Source: Lingula anatina
Lineage: Eukaryota; Animalia; Brachiopoda
Direction of reading: 5' to 3'
NCBI GenBank assembly: GCA_051362555.1
Contig: CM120640.1
Span: forward strand, 67,868,788 to 67,932,787
Length of the DNA stretch: 64,000 nucleotides
The notes under the pieces are model-generated. The model saw only the letters and a program-made list of their open reading frames with translations, was not told the origin of the DNA and did no database searches. The position numbers and the translations under genes are program-made. Position 1 is the first letter of the stretch. Each line of letters opens with the position of its first letter. Shown piece by piece: positions 27,938-39,500 of the stretch.

Positions 27938-27967
27938 CACGTGTCGAATTTGTATTGGAACACGTCA
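27938..27967 (-). promoter_or_regulatory. Composite ER-stress element (ERSE + ERSE-II + UPRE-like) upstream of SIL1
   Basis: - strand CCAAT-N9-ACACG (27958-27940); + strand ATTGG-N-ACACG (27954-27964) using the same CCAAT box; ACACGTCA at 27960-27967. Confidence 0.65.
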
Positions 27968-28140
27968 ACCATGTTGGATAATTCTCGCACTTGATCAATT
28001 ACAATTCATTGGATTTTGTAGGTATTTACCTTTAATGATACACACAAACGAAAATTACTTCATCAAAATTAATTTATCTTATCGTAACTTTTTGAATTTT
28101 TGTTTATTCACTTAAATATCAGTACTGAAATAGTGTGTAT

Positions 28141-28180
28141 TCTTTTTCTGCGGAGCTAGTGTTTATCAAATACCGGAAGT
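28141..28180 (+). promoter_or_regulatory. TCT/5'TOP initiator plus ETS (GABP-type) site, part of a bidirectional promoter
   Basis: TCTTTTTCT followed by CCGGAAGT; locally CpG-richer than the flanks. Confidence 0.5.
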
Positions 28181-30604
28181 AAGCCGCAAAGCAGGTAACT
28201 TACCCTTAGCATTTTGTTTTAGCTTTTTTCTATGTACAACTTTATATATTGGACCTCGGTAGTTCGAGCCTTCTTTATATATCTTTATATCTGTGTGCTT
28301 TGTTTATGCATTCACTTGTGTAATGTTGAATATCAATAAACTCAAAGCAATCTGAATCTGTTGATGCACATTTCTTAACAGTTAGGTATATCAGAAAAAT
28401 TTTCAAACTGATCAGAAAATTAAAATACTTATATCATCTGAAAGGTAATGCAAAAACCGGATGAAATCATTTGGAATTTTTTTAATATTCCTACAAGCAA
28501 CAAAGATATTGAAGTTTTTTAACTGCAAAAATCCACCAAAAGTGTCCACACTTCTCAGCTCAAAACCTGTGCCCACTGACCAGCAATGATCACTCAGGCG
28601 CAGCAGAGCACCCTGTGTGTCTTTGTGTGCTCAGCCTATTGTCTGGCTCACATAGCCTGTGACTAATCAGGGCAGAGCTATTTCCCTGTGGTAATTTTCA
28701 CATCATGTAATATTGCGGATTAAATTAACTATACTTCGCAACCTTCAAATTTCATGATTTTTCTACATAATATAGCAAATTTCATAAACTTTGCTGGATA
28801 TAAATTTCAAAAAGATGATACCAGCACTTACCTGAAATTTTTTAGCATTTTGTAGAGGCAAAACTTAAAACAAGCAGAACCGAAACTTGTCAAAGACTGC
28901 AACATGGGAAAATCATGTGACCGGATTTTACTCTTTGATTTACAACTTATTTAGTTAATGGCTTGTATTAGTTTTTTTACGCAGCGCTAAAAGAGAGATT
29001 TAAAAAAGGGGTTCCATAGGCAAACTGTCAGCGACCGACTTCAGTTTAACACTTCACTGCCCGTGGACAGTTACGACTGTAGCGCCCCTAGCGGATTGTG
29101 ATCTACCTACTTAACAGGTCGCTCATTCATTCTTGTACTTTTAAAGTTTGTAAGCTGCAAAAGGCATTGCCTATCCATTACCTGTTACTCACTGCTTACT
29201 ATATCTTATATTGATTAAAATATCAGCCAGATAGTGTGATACTTTTAGTTAACTGTATGTCTTCAACAGATTGCTCGATAAGGTGTGCAAAACCTGGCTT
29301 TATCATCTAATAAAAAAAACAAAGGAGAAGGTCAACTGTCACAATTCAGCCTCAATAATAACACTTGATCAAAAATATTCTGTGAAATAAACATGTTTCC
29401 TCATGCAAATACAAGCAGCAACTTAAACGTTCAAGAGGAGGTATTTCTTTTAAAATTTGTTGCCTGAGAGATTTGCTAAACATCCAATGGTATTAGATTG
29501 GTTTACATCTTCTTTTTCCCTGAAGTATTTACTTTCTCTTTTGTGTGCAATACAGAGGGGTGGTTCATAGGATTTCAGCACAACAAAAGCAAATTATTAA
29601 TTTTCTTTGGACCTTTGACAATGTTCTATCACTTAGATACTTAGATTGAGGTGAAGGCTCTGAAATTCCTGATTAGAAATGTCCCAAACCCATATTTTAT
29701 CAAAGTTATTTATCTTTCCCAGTTCTGAACTTAAAAATGATAAGCACCTGGTGTTGATATGTTCTTTTGAAATGTACAGAAAGAATGTAAATACTTCATG
29801 ATATAAAACATCTAATCCAAGTGCAGGGATAGGCCAAAGCGTGATGCGTAAGTAGGAGAAAACCTGTTTATTTATTTTCTTTTTTTAAGAAAAAATTAAT
29901 TTTACAACAAAACATTATAGATAAGATACATTTAAGGTGATATTTACTTCACTTGGCTGAAGCTGGACAGCTACATAAAGTATTTGTCTACTTTCTCTGC
30001 AAACAAATGTAATTTCATTATTGACAAGAATGTGGTACATATTACAGACATTTAACAGGTATACCATGAGCTTTAATTGATGCTCAAAATGAAAAGTGTA
30101 TTTGCTTCTTGAATAGTAAACATATGTCTGCTTTTTATTAATGGATATTAACCAGCAAAATAAGTCATCACCATTCTTAGGTACATTCTAAGCACATATT
30201 CTAGCACTGCTTGATTATCCATTATGCAAAATAAATTGGTTATTTTTCATAAGACTAACAAGTCTCTCAAAATGGCAATAATGTGTGCTAAGCAATCAAA
30301 TATCACAATATTTTCTTTCTAAGTTTCTTATGTTAGTGACACTCAAATTTAGACTTAAAACACCTGAAATGGGAAATTATATAACTGGTGGAATGTCAAG
30401 CCCCTAGGATTCTATGATCTTGTAACTGTTATCAAGTGCTCTCCCATACTGAAGTTCAAAGTCTTAGATGTTGAACAGTTAAGTAGTATTTTTTTTTTTC
30501 ATGTTAATATCAGTTTCCACGTTTTCTATTGTATGTTAGACATGAGGTAAGGAAATCAGCAAATTTGTTGGAAGTTTATCATTTTTTTATTATTATAATC
30601 ATTA

Positions 30605-30636
30605 TTTGTTTGTTTGTTTGTTTGTTTGTTTGTTTG
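30605..30636. repeat. (TTTG)n microsatellite
   Basis: Direct reading. Confidence 0.9.
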
Positions 30637-33600
30637 CTTTTATTATTATTATATTTTTTAAATGAATTGTCCCTGGTATCATTTTACCTTCTTTGAAGAT
30701 GACCAGTATACACTTATAAATCTTACAAATCTTTTTTTTTTTCTTTTTTATCTTGAATAAATGAAAGCATTTTCTCTGCTCATGATTGCATTTTAGGCAT
30801 TGTGAAAATTAGATGAAAGTAACTTGATATTGTAAAAAATATTGAAAAGTTTTTTCAGCTCAAATTAGGATACAAAGATAGTTATTATACATGTACAAAA
30901 ATTGTCTATGAAACCAGGAGTATGCTAAAATACCATTGATTGAATTTAAATTTATTGATAAAAAGGGTTGCTTGAAATAGTTTTCCTCAATGAATCAAGA
31001 ACTTGATTGGCTCAAGGATAATGACATTTAATTGTACGATGTAAAATTCAAGGGAGCTTCATAAAAAATGTATGTAGTTTTAACTTGCCGTGTGGTTTAT
31101 CATGAGACCACAATGGTTTTGGTTTTATTTACAGACTTCATTTTCCCACAAAAAATGAATAATTAGCCAACGCTATCATTTAAATCTTTATTTTACAATA
31201 TTATTCATGATAATATAGGCACAGCGTCCTCTTAAGTGATGTTATTCTTGGAAATATTGAATGATTTTGCTTTTTAATTAATATGTATGTGCAATAAAAT
31301 TAGGCAAATGTATTTCCTCCTAACACGTCTTAATGGCATCAAAGGAAGAAACTTAAGAGGATTTTGGAAACTTAGGGAAAAAAAACTAATTTTTCTGTCC
31401 ACTTTCTAGTATGTATGACAAAAATTAGTCTCTCACCATATCGTTTTGAATTCGTGAAGTTAACTTGGAATGATTTTAGTGATATATTCACATCAAGATG
31501 AGAGCTTTAATATCTCAGGCATAAAGCTATTTTTACTTCTGCCCTATTTATGTAGAATATTTAAATTTTATTGCTTCATAGAATTAATTGTTGTCAGTTA
31601 TGCTAAAGAGTGATCATTTCCAACTTTAATGTAGTTGCTGTTATTGTCATTTCAGGCAAAAGTGCTTGGTTATGATTCTTAGTTGTGGCTCATCCTGAAA
31701 GATGCTCAGTCCAGATTAATGTAGGTAAATATATTTAAAAATATGAATAAATATAGGTAACTTACAAATGAATGTTTTTTTGATATACATGTTTTAATGT
31801 CTTGTGTATAGAAGGTGTCTGGCAAAGTTGTGATGTGAGTAATTGAACGTATTATCTTTATTGGCAGAAATAATATCTGGAACATTTAAATGCAAAAATT
31901 CAATCATTTAAGGAGTCAAAGAAGCCAATTTACATCATAAAAGCCTCTTTAAAAAAACGGAAGTCATTAAAGAATGCCTGAAGTAGTTTATGTCAAAAGA
32001 GGTGATAAACAGTGTTTGTATCCATTTGTATCTTGGAGGTTGGTTGGTGTAGTGTACGTAAAAAGTACGCTTGTACAGCATGTAAATCTGCTATGAAATC
32101 AGTGTGTTGATATGGTGTATTCTCTAACTTATGTTAGGGCTGGAGAAGGCAGTCCTCCCTGGAGGCAGTACATGTGTTTATCATGTCTCCGTCTCTCCAA
32201 CCTACACTGACATTCTTTTTAATACTAAACATATATCATTAAATAAACCCTCTAGAATAGTGATTATTGGAGTAAGTTTAAAGTTAGTTCCTGGTACCTT
32301 TGTTTGGTGAAATTGTTGGTCAATGTTTTTTATATTGTTGTTTATTTTTAGTGAAAAAAAATGTTGGCTGACTGAAAAAGAAACTCTTCTGCCTCCTACT
32401 CTGGCCCATTGACAAGTCAAACATAGCTTTTGGCAGATCAGTTATTTTATTTTAAAGAACTTGGCACCTACTGTCAATTTTCACTCAAACATTTATTGGC
32501 AGTAAGGGGAGGGACTGCACTGTATCTTTTGTTTGAATCACAATGTTAACTAAATTTGGGAGGTCAACTGTCCAGGCGCCATGTAGACAGGCGTGTCATG
32601 AAACAGTTTCTCCAAAGACTAGATACATTGTCATGTTGGGCAGTTATCCTAGATCTAGAACTTTCAATTGTGGCTCATTTTTGTGCTCTTTGAATATTCT
32701 CAACTTTTTACTGGACTCTCTCTCTTGTAACGTCGTGCATGGATTTAAATGTTGCCATTAAGTGATTTGATTTAGATTTGAAATGTTTAGGTGTGAAACA
32801 GATGTGATCAGTTTGTGTAAATGATTTGAATATCTTACACAGAGTGGAAATTATTGACATGCAGGCATGATTTTTTTCCCATTCTTAATCCCAAATCCAA
32901 TTTTCTCAGCAGTTTTTTATTGAAGTGGCCCCCAGACCCCTGGTCACAAAGCTGAGCTGCCATTTCTTTTTTACCTTTTCTTGCACTCAAAATCATGTGT
33001 GGATGTGGTTTCATTTTCATGATTTTTTTTTTTTTAATCTGGCAAAGTAGCAAGCATTTTTTGCTCCTCAATATATCTCAGCAAGGGTGATGAAAATATA
33101 GCGTTGATAAAATAAGAAGTAACAAACATCTCAGTGTTAATTAAAATCTCAAATTGAGCAAGTGCATAAAGAGTCCATATGAGTATTTATGATAATGATA
33201 TTCAGATAGGCTCCATAAATTAAAAAGTTAAACAATTGTATCACTATCTTTCAAAAAAAAAAACAGCTTCAAGGTCAGATGCCATTAAAATGAGGTTGCA
33301 GAAGTCACGTTTTAGTACTGAAACAGATATCATGATGTGAATATATCCTAGTTTGTGAAGGAGGGGCATATATTTAGTTACAGTACTGATGTGATTTTAC
33401 ATTCATATTTTGTCACTGACTTTTTTCTGATAAAAATCATGAAGCAAATGATAGAGTTATAATAAAAAAGTTTTACTAGAGCTTTTTGTGCATCATTTCT
33501 TTAAATTTGTATAGATTCTTGTTCTTGCATATGAATTGAACACTTCAGTTATATTTTCTTGACAATCTTTTTCTTTGATATATACTAGTATTGACTGTAC

Positions 33601-35421
33601 ATTTGTTTGATTTTCTTTCTTTTTTATTTTGATAGTGCCTCATTTGAACAATTAATTTTTTGTACATTAGTAAATTTTTCATTCTCGTTATGGTAGTACT
33701 TCATTTGTCCAGTTTATTTCATTCTAATTTTTTTTAATTAAATTGAATTTCATTCTTCTTCTTATTATTTATTATTAATTTTTTGTAAAATATATTAAAT
33801 GTAAATTTGTAAAAATTATATTGACCTATCATTGACCTCCCAGAGGTATTTTTCATCCCAGTTCTTCTTGCCATTTGACCCTGTGAACTCCAAACAATTG
33901 ACCTTGCGATGACTTTCCCCTGCCAACAGTGATGGCAATTCAATCTTTTGTGAAATAAAAGATTTTGTGGTAAGGAAAGACATAAAAGTTTAACCTGCTG
34001 CTCCAATTACAATTAAATCACCTCGCCTTTATCTGTCTTTATAAGTTTTAGTATCTTCATGAAAACAGAATATATATATCTGACCTGAAATGGCTGTCAA
34101 ATTGACCAGAATTTAGTAGCATGGGTATTATGTGTCATGCAAATATATTCAAGAGGTTTTGATGGAGTTGTTATGGAATGTGGAGGTGAAAAATATGTCG
34201 TTGGGTAGATTTATAGGTGAAGAGGAGACAGAGTGACTTAGCTCAGTGAGTAGAGTATATGATATGATATTTAATACTGAGTGGTCTTCAACCAGTAAAA
34301 TTGTATTTCATTTTAAAGCAATTTATTTTCTGTGTGAATAACTAGACAACTCAACCTTTTGTACTTACTTGGATTAACCAAGTTGGCTGAAGTTGTAAAA
34401 TGTATTTTTGATTGTGCCTTCAAGAATCGACATTTGACGGGCGCACTATTTGTACTTTTAACGTCTTTGTTAACGTCCTGTTTTTCCCCAAACAGTTCAT
34501 CTTGCACCCCACCTCCTCCCCTTTCTTGTCTACTTACATATATCGCCTTCCTACCTGGTCCTACCTAGCAGCCTATTTGGCCTACCTTAGACATTACAAC
34601 ATCCCTGATTTTAATCAGCTTTTATCCACAAGATTGACCAAATTATATTGAAATAGATAGTACGTATGGGTATGTAACCGTTTTTGATTATTCATCAAAT
34701 ACATATTTTTATTATATTGAGCATTCAACTTCATGATGTTTGATGCCAATCTTTAGTCATACTTGAAGTGTTTGGAAACTGACAAATATATATATATAGG
34801 GAAAAAAAGCAACTGTACTTTTTTATGTACAGAATGACAGTTTCATTATAGAGCTGGTGCCAAAGACTTCATGAAAGGATTTGAGTTTTGTGTGATATAT
34901 TTCAAGTGACATGCTATTTTAACATTTGTCAAAGGGATACATTCCCATTAGTTTACAAAAAAGTGCGGGTTAAGTCACTTTATTTTTTTCTCTGTTGAAT
35001 ATTTGAGTGAAAGATATGAAAACACTTTTTATGTCAGTTATCAGAGTATTATGTCATATATTATATCAGTAGGTGTTATTTTTAACTTCAAACACTTGTT
35101 TTCTCCAAGACTGAGTTTCATGTAAATGAAAGCCACCTCTCTCAATTTTGAACCTTTCAGTTTAAAAATCAACGAAAAAAATGTTTAGTATTTTTTTTTT
35201 CTAATGACTTTGTACTCGCCAGGTGTTATATGTTATTTATCAGGAAAAAAAATTCATAAGCAAGATCAGAATGTGATTTTATCATTGTTCACAGAAAAAA
35301 ATCCTTTTCAATCAGAATAAAGCTTTTCCCATCCATAATAGTAAGACTAGACTAGGAGGGTTATCCATGAATTAGTTTACACCAGGTTCCGTAACTCTGT
35401 CCAAATTAGGTCTGACTGGTG

Positions 35422-35568
35422 TAGGTGCGGATTTAGGCCGTTTTCTGGGTCTTCTGGAAGACGGTAAGAATTTAAAGTCTTTTCAAGATTTTATATAGAC
35501 GGGTATCTAACTTTTGCTGTCGGAAGATGGTCAAAAAATATCAGAAAATATCTCTGGATCCGCCCCTG
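35422..35568. mobile_element. Small degenerate MITE-like element
   Basis: Imperfect inverted ends TAGGTGCGGATTTAG ... CTGGATCCGCCCCTG. Confidence 0.45.
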
Positions 35569-36544
35569 CTAATGCATGTCTGTTCTTGTAGTAACTAATT
35601 TTCATATTGTTTAAATTTTCTTTTTAGTAAAAGAAGTTGTCCAGGTATGGTGGAGGGTGATGCTGGTGCTCAGAGATGGTCAGATATCTGCAGTGCCACA
35701 CAACAGCTGTATGCGTGGATCTTAGTGTAGATGGCAGTTAGATGCAAGACGGACAGTGATGGCCAACGCACTCTCGCATCTACATTGCTGACAGAGAACG
35801 TGGTCATCTCTCAGCAGCAGACATTATTTAATTGTGAGATGTAGGAATGTAAGTGGCAGTGGCATTTCTATTTACCTGTTTTATCATAACTCATTCCCAT
35901 TGAATTTTGGGTTGTACAGTTATAAAATTACTTTGCCAGGGAGGCGCTGGGTTTCTGACAGATTAGACAATAACAGACAAACTATTGAAAAAGACTTTCA
36001 TAACATCTTTTATTTCCATGTAATTATAAATCCAGAATCTGCTTACACAATATGGCAATAAAGATCCTCCCTCTTTAATAAATATGTAATAAATCATAGA
36101 TGTCTTCTTTTCCATCTGACTTACATTTTAAATAATAATTTATGCCATACAGAGAAGGTCCCTTTAAGAGTTCTCGGGGCAAATTATGGCTTATTTGTCA
36201 TCAAAAAGAAAGAAAAATAAAACCAGACTTGTTTTCAAATTATTGATACATACATTCTATGGAAAAAAATACTCGTGTGGAAACAAAAACACCATGTCTG
36301 TATGCTTGACTGTGGTCTGGAGGCACGGAGGGGCTAATCAGGAAATGAAAGTTTAATATTGACCCTATCATGGCCCTATCCCCCACACCTGCACAAATGC
36401 TGGCTGTTTGCTGATAGGATCAGGCTCTGTTTGCAGGCTGATGTGTCAACACTAGGGTCTGCTCTTCTCAGGTACTGTGTGACACTCACCCCTTGGTCCT
36501 ACCTCTGCTGACATCAATATGAAAAAAATGTGGCTGCTATTATT

Positions 36545-36574
36545 ATCATCATCATCATCATCATCATCATCATC
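36545..36574. repeat. (ATC)n microsatellite
   Basis: Direct reading. Confidence 0.9.
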
Positions 36575-39500
36575 TTCTGACTGGGAACAGTTCCATCAAT
36601 TTCAGTTTTTGTCCACTAAATTTTTAAGAGTCAGAAAAAAAAGTTTGGTTAAAGTACGTATCTTCTAGTAAAATGAATAGTTTTTATATATTTGTTTTAA
36701 AGAAATCACGTACACATGTAGACCAGACTAGGCACAAGAGTGGGATGAGCATTTGGACAGACTATACTTTGGAGCACAATGTAGTAGTAAGTCCCTTCCT
36801 GGAAGCAGGTGTCTGCTCCTAATAGGATCAAAGTTAGATCAGACACCTTAAGTGTGGAGTAGAATTTCAATATTCAGAAAATAACCATACACTACTCTGT
36901 GGATAAGAAAAGCACGTTTTATGTCCTAACCACAATTAGTGGTTGGGAGGGTGAGAGTGACTAAATGTTTTTTGAGAAAAAAGGATAAGCTGTCATTGTT
37001 TATTGCATGACTGATTGTCTCTCTGTACTCCTTTATTCATGGGTACAATATGATGAGGCAGATTTCCCAGCAGTTCTCCTCCCTGACCTCCCCACCCCCT
37101 GTGAACCCCAGCCCCAGGGTACAGCCTCATCAGGACAAGACTGAGGGCTAAATACCTGTTAGCTTAGAACCTATAGAACTCTGAGGACAGGGCCAGACCT
37201 GAACTGTTCACTATTGTTGGTAATTCTTTAGACTGAGAGAGGGTCACCCAGTGTAGGGGCCCCTACAGGGTCACCCACAGGGTCACCCACTGTTGGTAAA
37301 CATCCCCACCCTACAGCTACCTGAACAGGGTGGAATCTCCTTTCAGATAGCCATTGATCAGGTAGGGATTTCAAAATCCTGAGTTATTGTTGGAGTTTGT
37401 TTTTGTAGTAACTGATATAGCGAGCTTATCTCTTCAGAAAAAATGTGCCCCACATATATGTATCCACCAGTAAAATGAGATTCTTTCAGTGGAACATAAA
37501 GATTGTTAATTTTTAACCTTATATTATCATGCATGGTTAATATACACATCAGGGGATTGGGTGCACATTGATATCATATCATGTTTAATGCAGAAACAAT
37601 TGAATTGAGGGATGGTCAAATTTTATGAATATTTTGGTCATTTTATCGTTGTTTGATTCCAGTTTACGATGGTCATTCGGGACTGCATAGCATCAGGCTT
37701 GTGGCCATAGCTGGCACAAATACCTAAAAAACGGAAGGTGACAACTCTCCTCTTTCATGATTACTAAGAGCTTGGTGGCCTGGTGGCCCTGTGTGAAAGA
37801 GCCAAGACAATGGTCTTGGATTACTCACAGATGGCTCAGAAGATTCCTTGGAAATAGGGCTTTTGTCTTTTCCTAGAAGTCCAAACCCATGACCCTAGCT
37901 GATGGTTATGAAATGCATGATTAGTGCAATCACTTAATGCCATTAACATCATCACCAGGTTTGACATTTGTCATTACTAGCTTTTAATTAATACCTATCT
38001 CCTCGTGAAATGTCATTAGGCTTCAAGTTACGACCACTTAGCCCGCCAGAGTGTCTTTGATCTGGATGTGAGGGGGTTATCATAATGCCGTTTCATACTA
38101 GGCTTGTAGAGTAGGAGGAATATTTGGTGATCTCATTGCTATCTAAACAGCACACTTTGGTTGTGCGAATATGCAATCTGATACACATGCCAATTAAATA
38201 AGCTATCAGCTATTGACCAGTAATGTGATCAGTGGCATTGACAATGGGCAGGATAGCACTCGGGAGACCACAGAGTAACCATTTCATACTTCTGGCACCA
38301 TAATAGAATTGAAATTTGTTAGTATTTAGAGAAGCATTGTCATTGCATCTAATCAATAGCCCTTGGCCCTATCAGCAATCTGATTTGATTTTCTGAATTT
38401 CTGAGCAAATAAGGGATTGTTGACTCATTGGCATTCAGTGCTCATAATTTCTGATGCTATAGACAGGGTAGACAGTCCTGGAGTCGTGCACTTGGAGGGG
38501 GACAAAATGATTCAATTTTGAAACTTTAACACTGTAAGATCATTGTAAAATGAAAACAGACAAAAACACTTTATTAATCTAAAATCTCTAAAAAAATCCA
38601 CTGGTGATGCCTTGAAAGGAATTGTGCAGCATGGCATTGGATTCTCCATCATATTTGATCTTATGATGGAATTGCGCAATAAAACCATTGATTTGACAGG
38701 AGAATAAAGCAACCATTGAGATGGCACTTGTTGAGAAGTTTTATTCATGAACTTGATGGTGCTTTTATATGCAGTGTGTCTGTACACATATAAGAGTTCT
38801 CACATTGAGAAAAGACCCAAACTCTGAGTTTTTATCTTTTAGAATAGGATTAAGCGGGGATAATGCTCTTTAAAATGTACTATATTATACATCTCCTGCA
38901 AAGAGAGTATCCTAAAGAGTTGACATTTCATTTATTAGTTGACAGAAAAAAGCTTGTCGCCACAATCTTTTTCTCATAACACACCACATTGTACAGATAT
39001 GCGGGCCTCATCATTTCTCTTTATAATCAGTTTTGTCTTGTAACCTCTGTGCCTAACCTTTCACAATGGGGCCACAGCTCAGTTTATAACAATACAGCAT
39101 CATAAAGTTAACACTTTATCATTTTTAGTACCTTTTTGTATTGAATGTTAACCATCCTTTGCAGATTCCTTCATGCTTCCATTAGAGGCAAAGCAAGAAC
39201 CACCACTAGATGGAGCTGCTGTCTCCAGTTCCAGCCAGACCTTTTACTGTGGGTGTTGAGACAGGCAGACGACATGCCCCAAGACATGTGACAGCAATGT
39301 TAGTATAAAACTTTTCAACAAAAATCAATTATTGCTGCAAAATTTGGCTTATATTACCGTTGATGTCCATTTTGAAAAAAAAAAAAAGAAATCATTTGAC
39401 TGCAGAATAAATTTTTACACTGATTTCAGTATTTTTGTACTTACATATATCTGTGGTCTGTTTTGAAAGTAACCTGGTGACAAATTTAAAATCACTGTTG

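Noticed and set aside
28484-28496. ATATTCCTAC, identical to the U17 m1 motif
   Set aside because: No m2 (AAACCAT) or ACA at the required spacing; flanks look repeat-derived.
29020-29085. GTCA...GTTAC resembling a U19 pocket
   Set aside because: The two strands pair with each other (AACTGTC/GACAGTT) and no H box follows.
33085-33392. C/D box-like motif pairs (GTGATGA..TTGA; ATGATGT..CTGA)
   Set aside because: Imperfect boxes and no antisense element of 10 nt or more to rRNA recognisable by eye.
34280-34296. miR-133-like TGGTCTTCAACCAG
   Set aside because: Seed region is broken and there is no hairpin.
34412-34651. 79-aa ORF overlapping a candidate lncRNA exon
   Set aside because: Non-ATG start crossing a splice acceptor; low-complexity CCTAC repeats; no recognisable protein.
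28200-36000. Telomerase RNA possibility among the H/ACA-like folds
   Set aside because: No CTAACCCTAA-type template found upstream of the folds.
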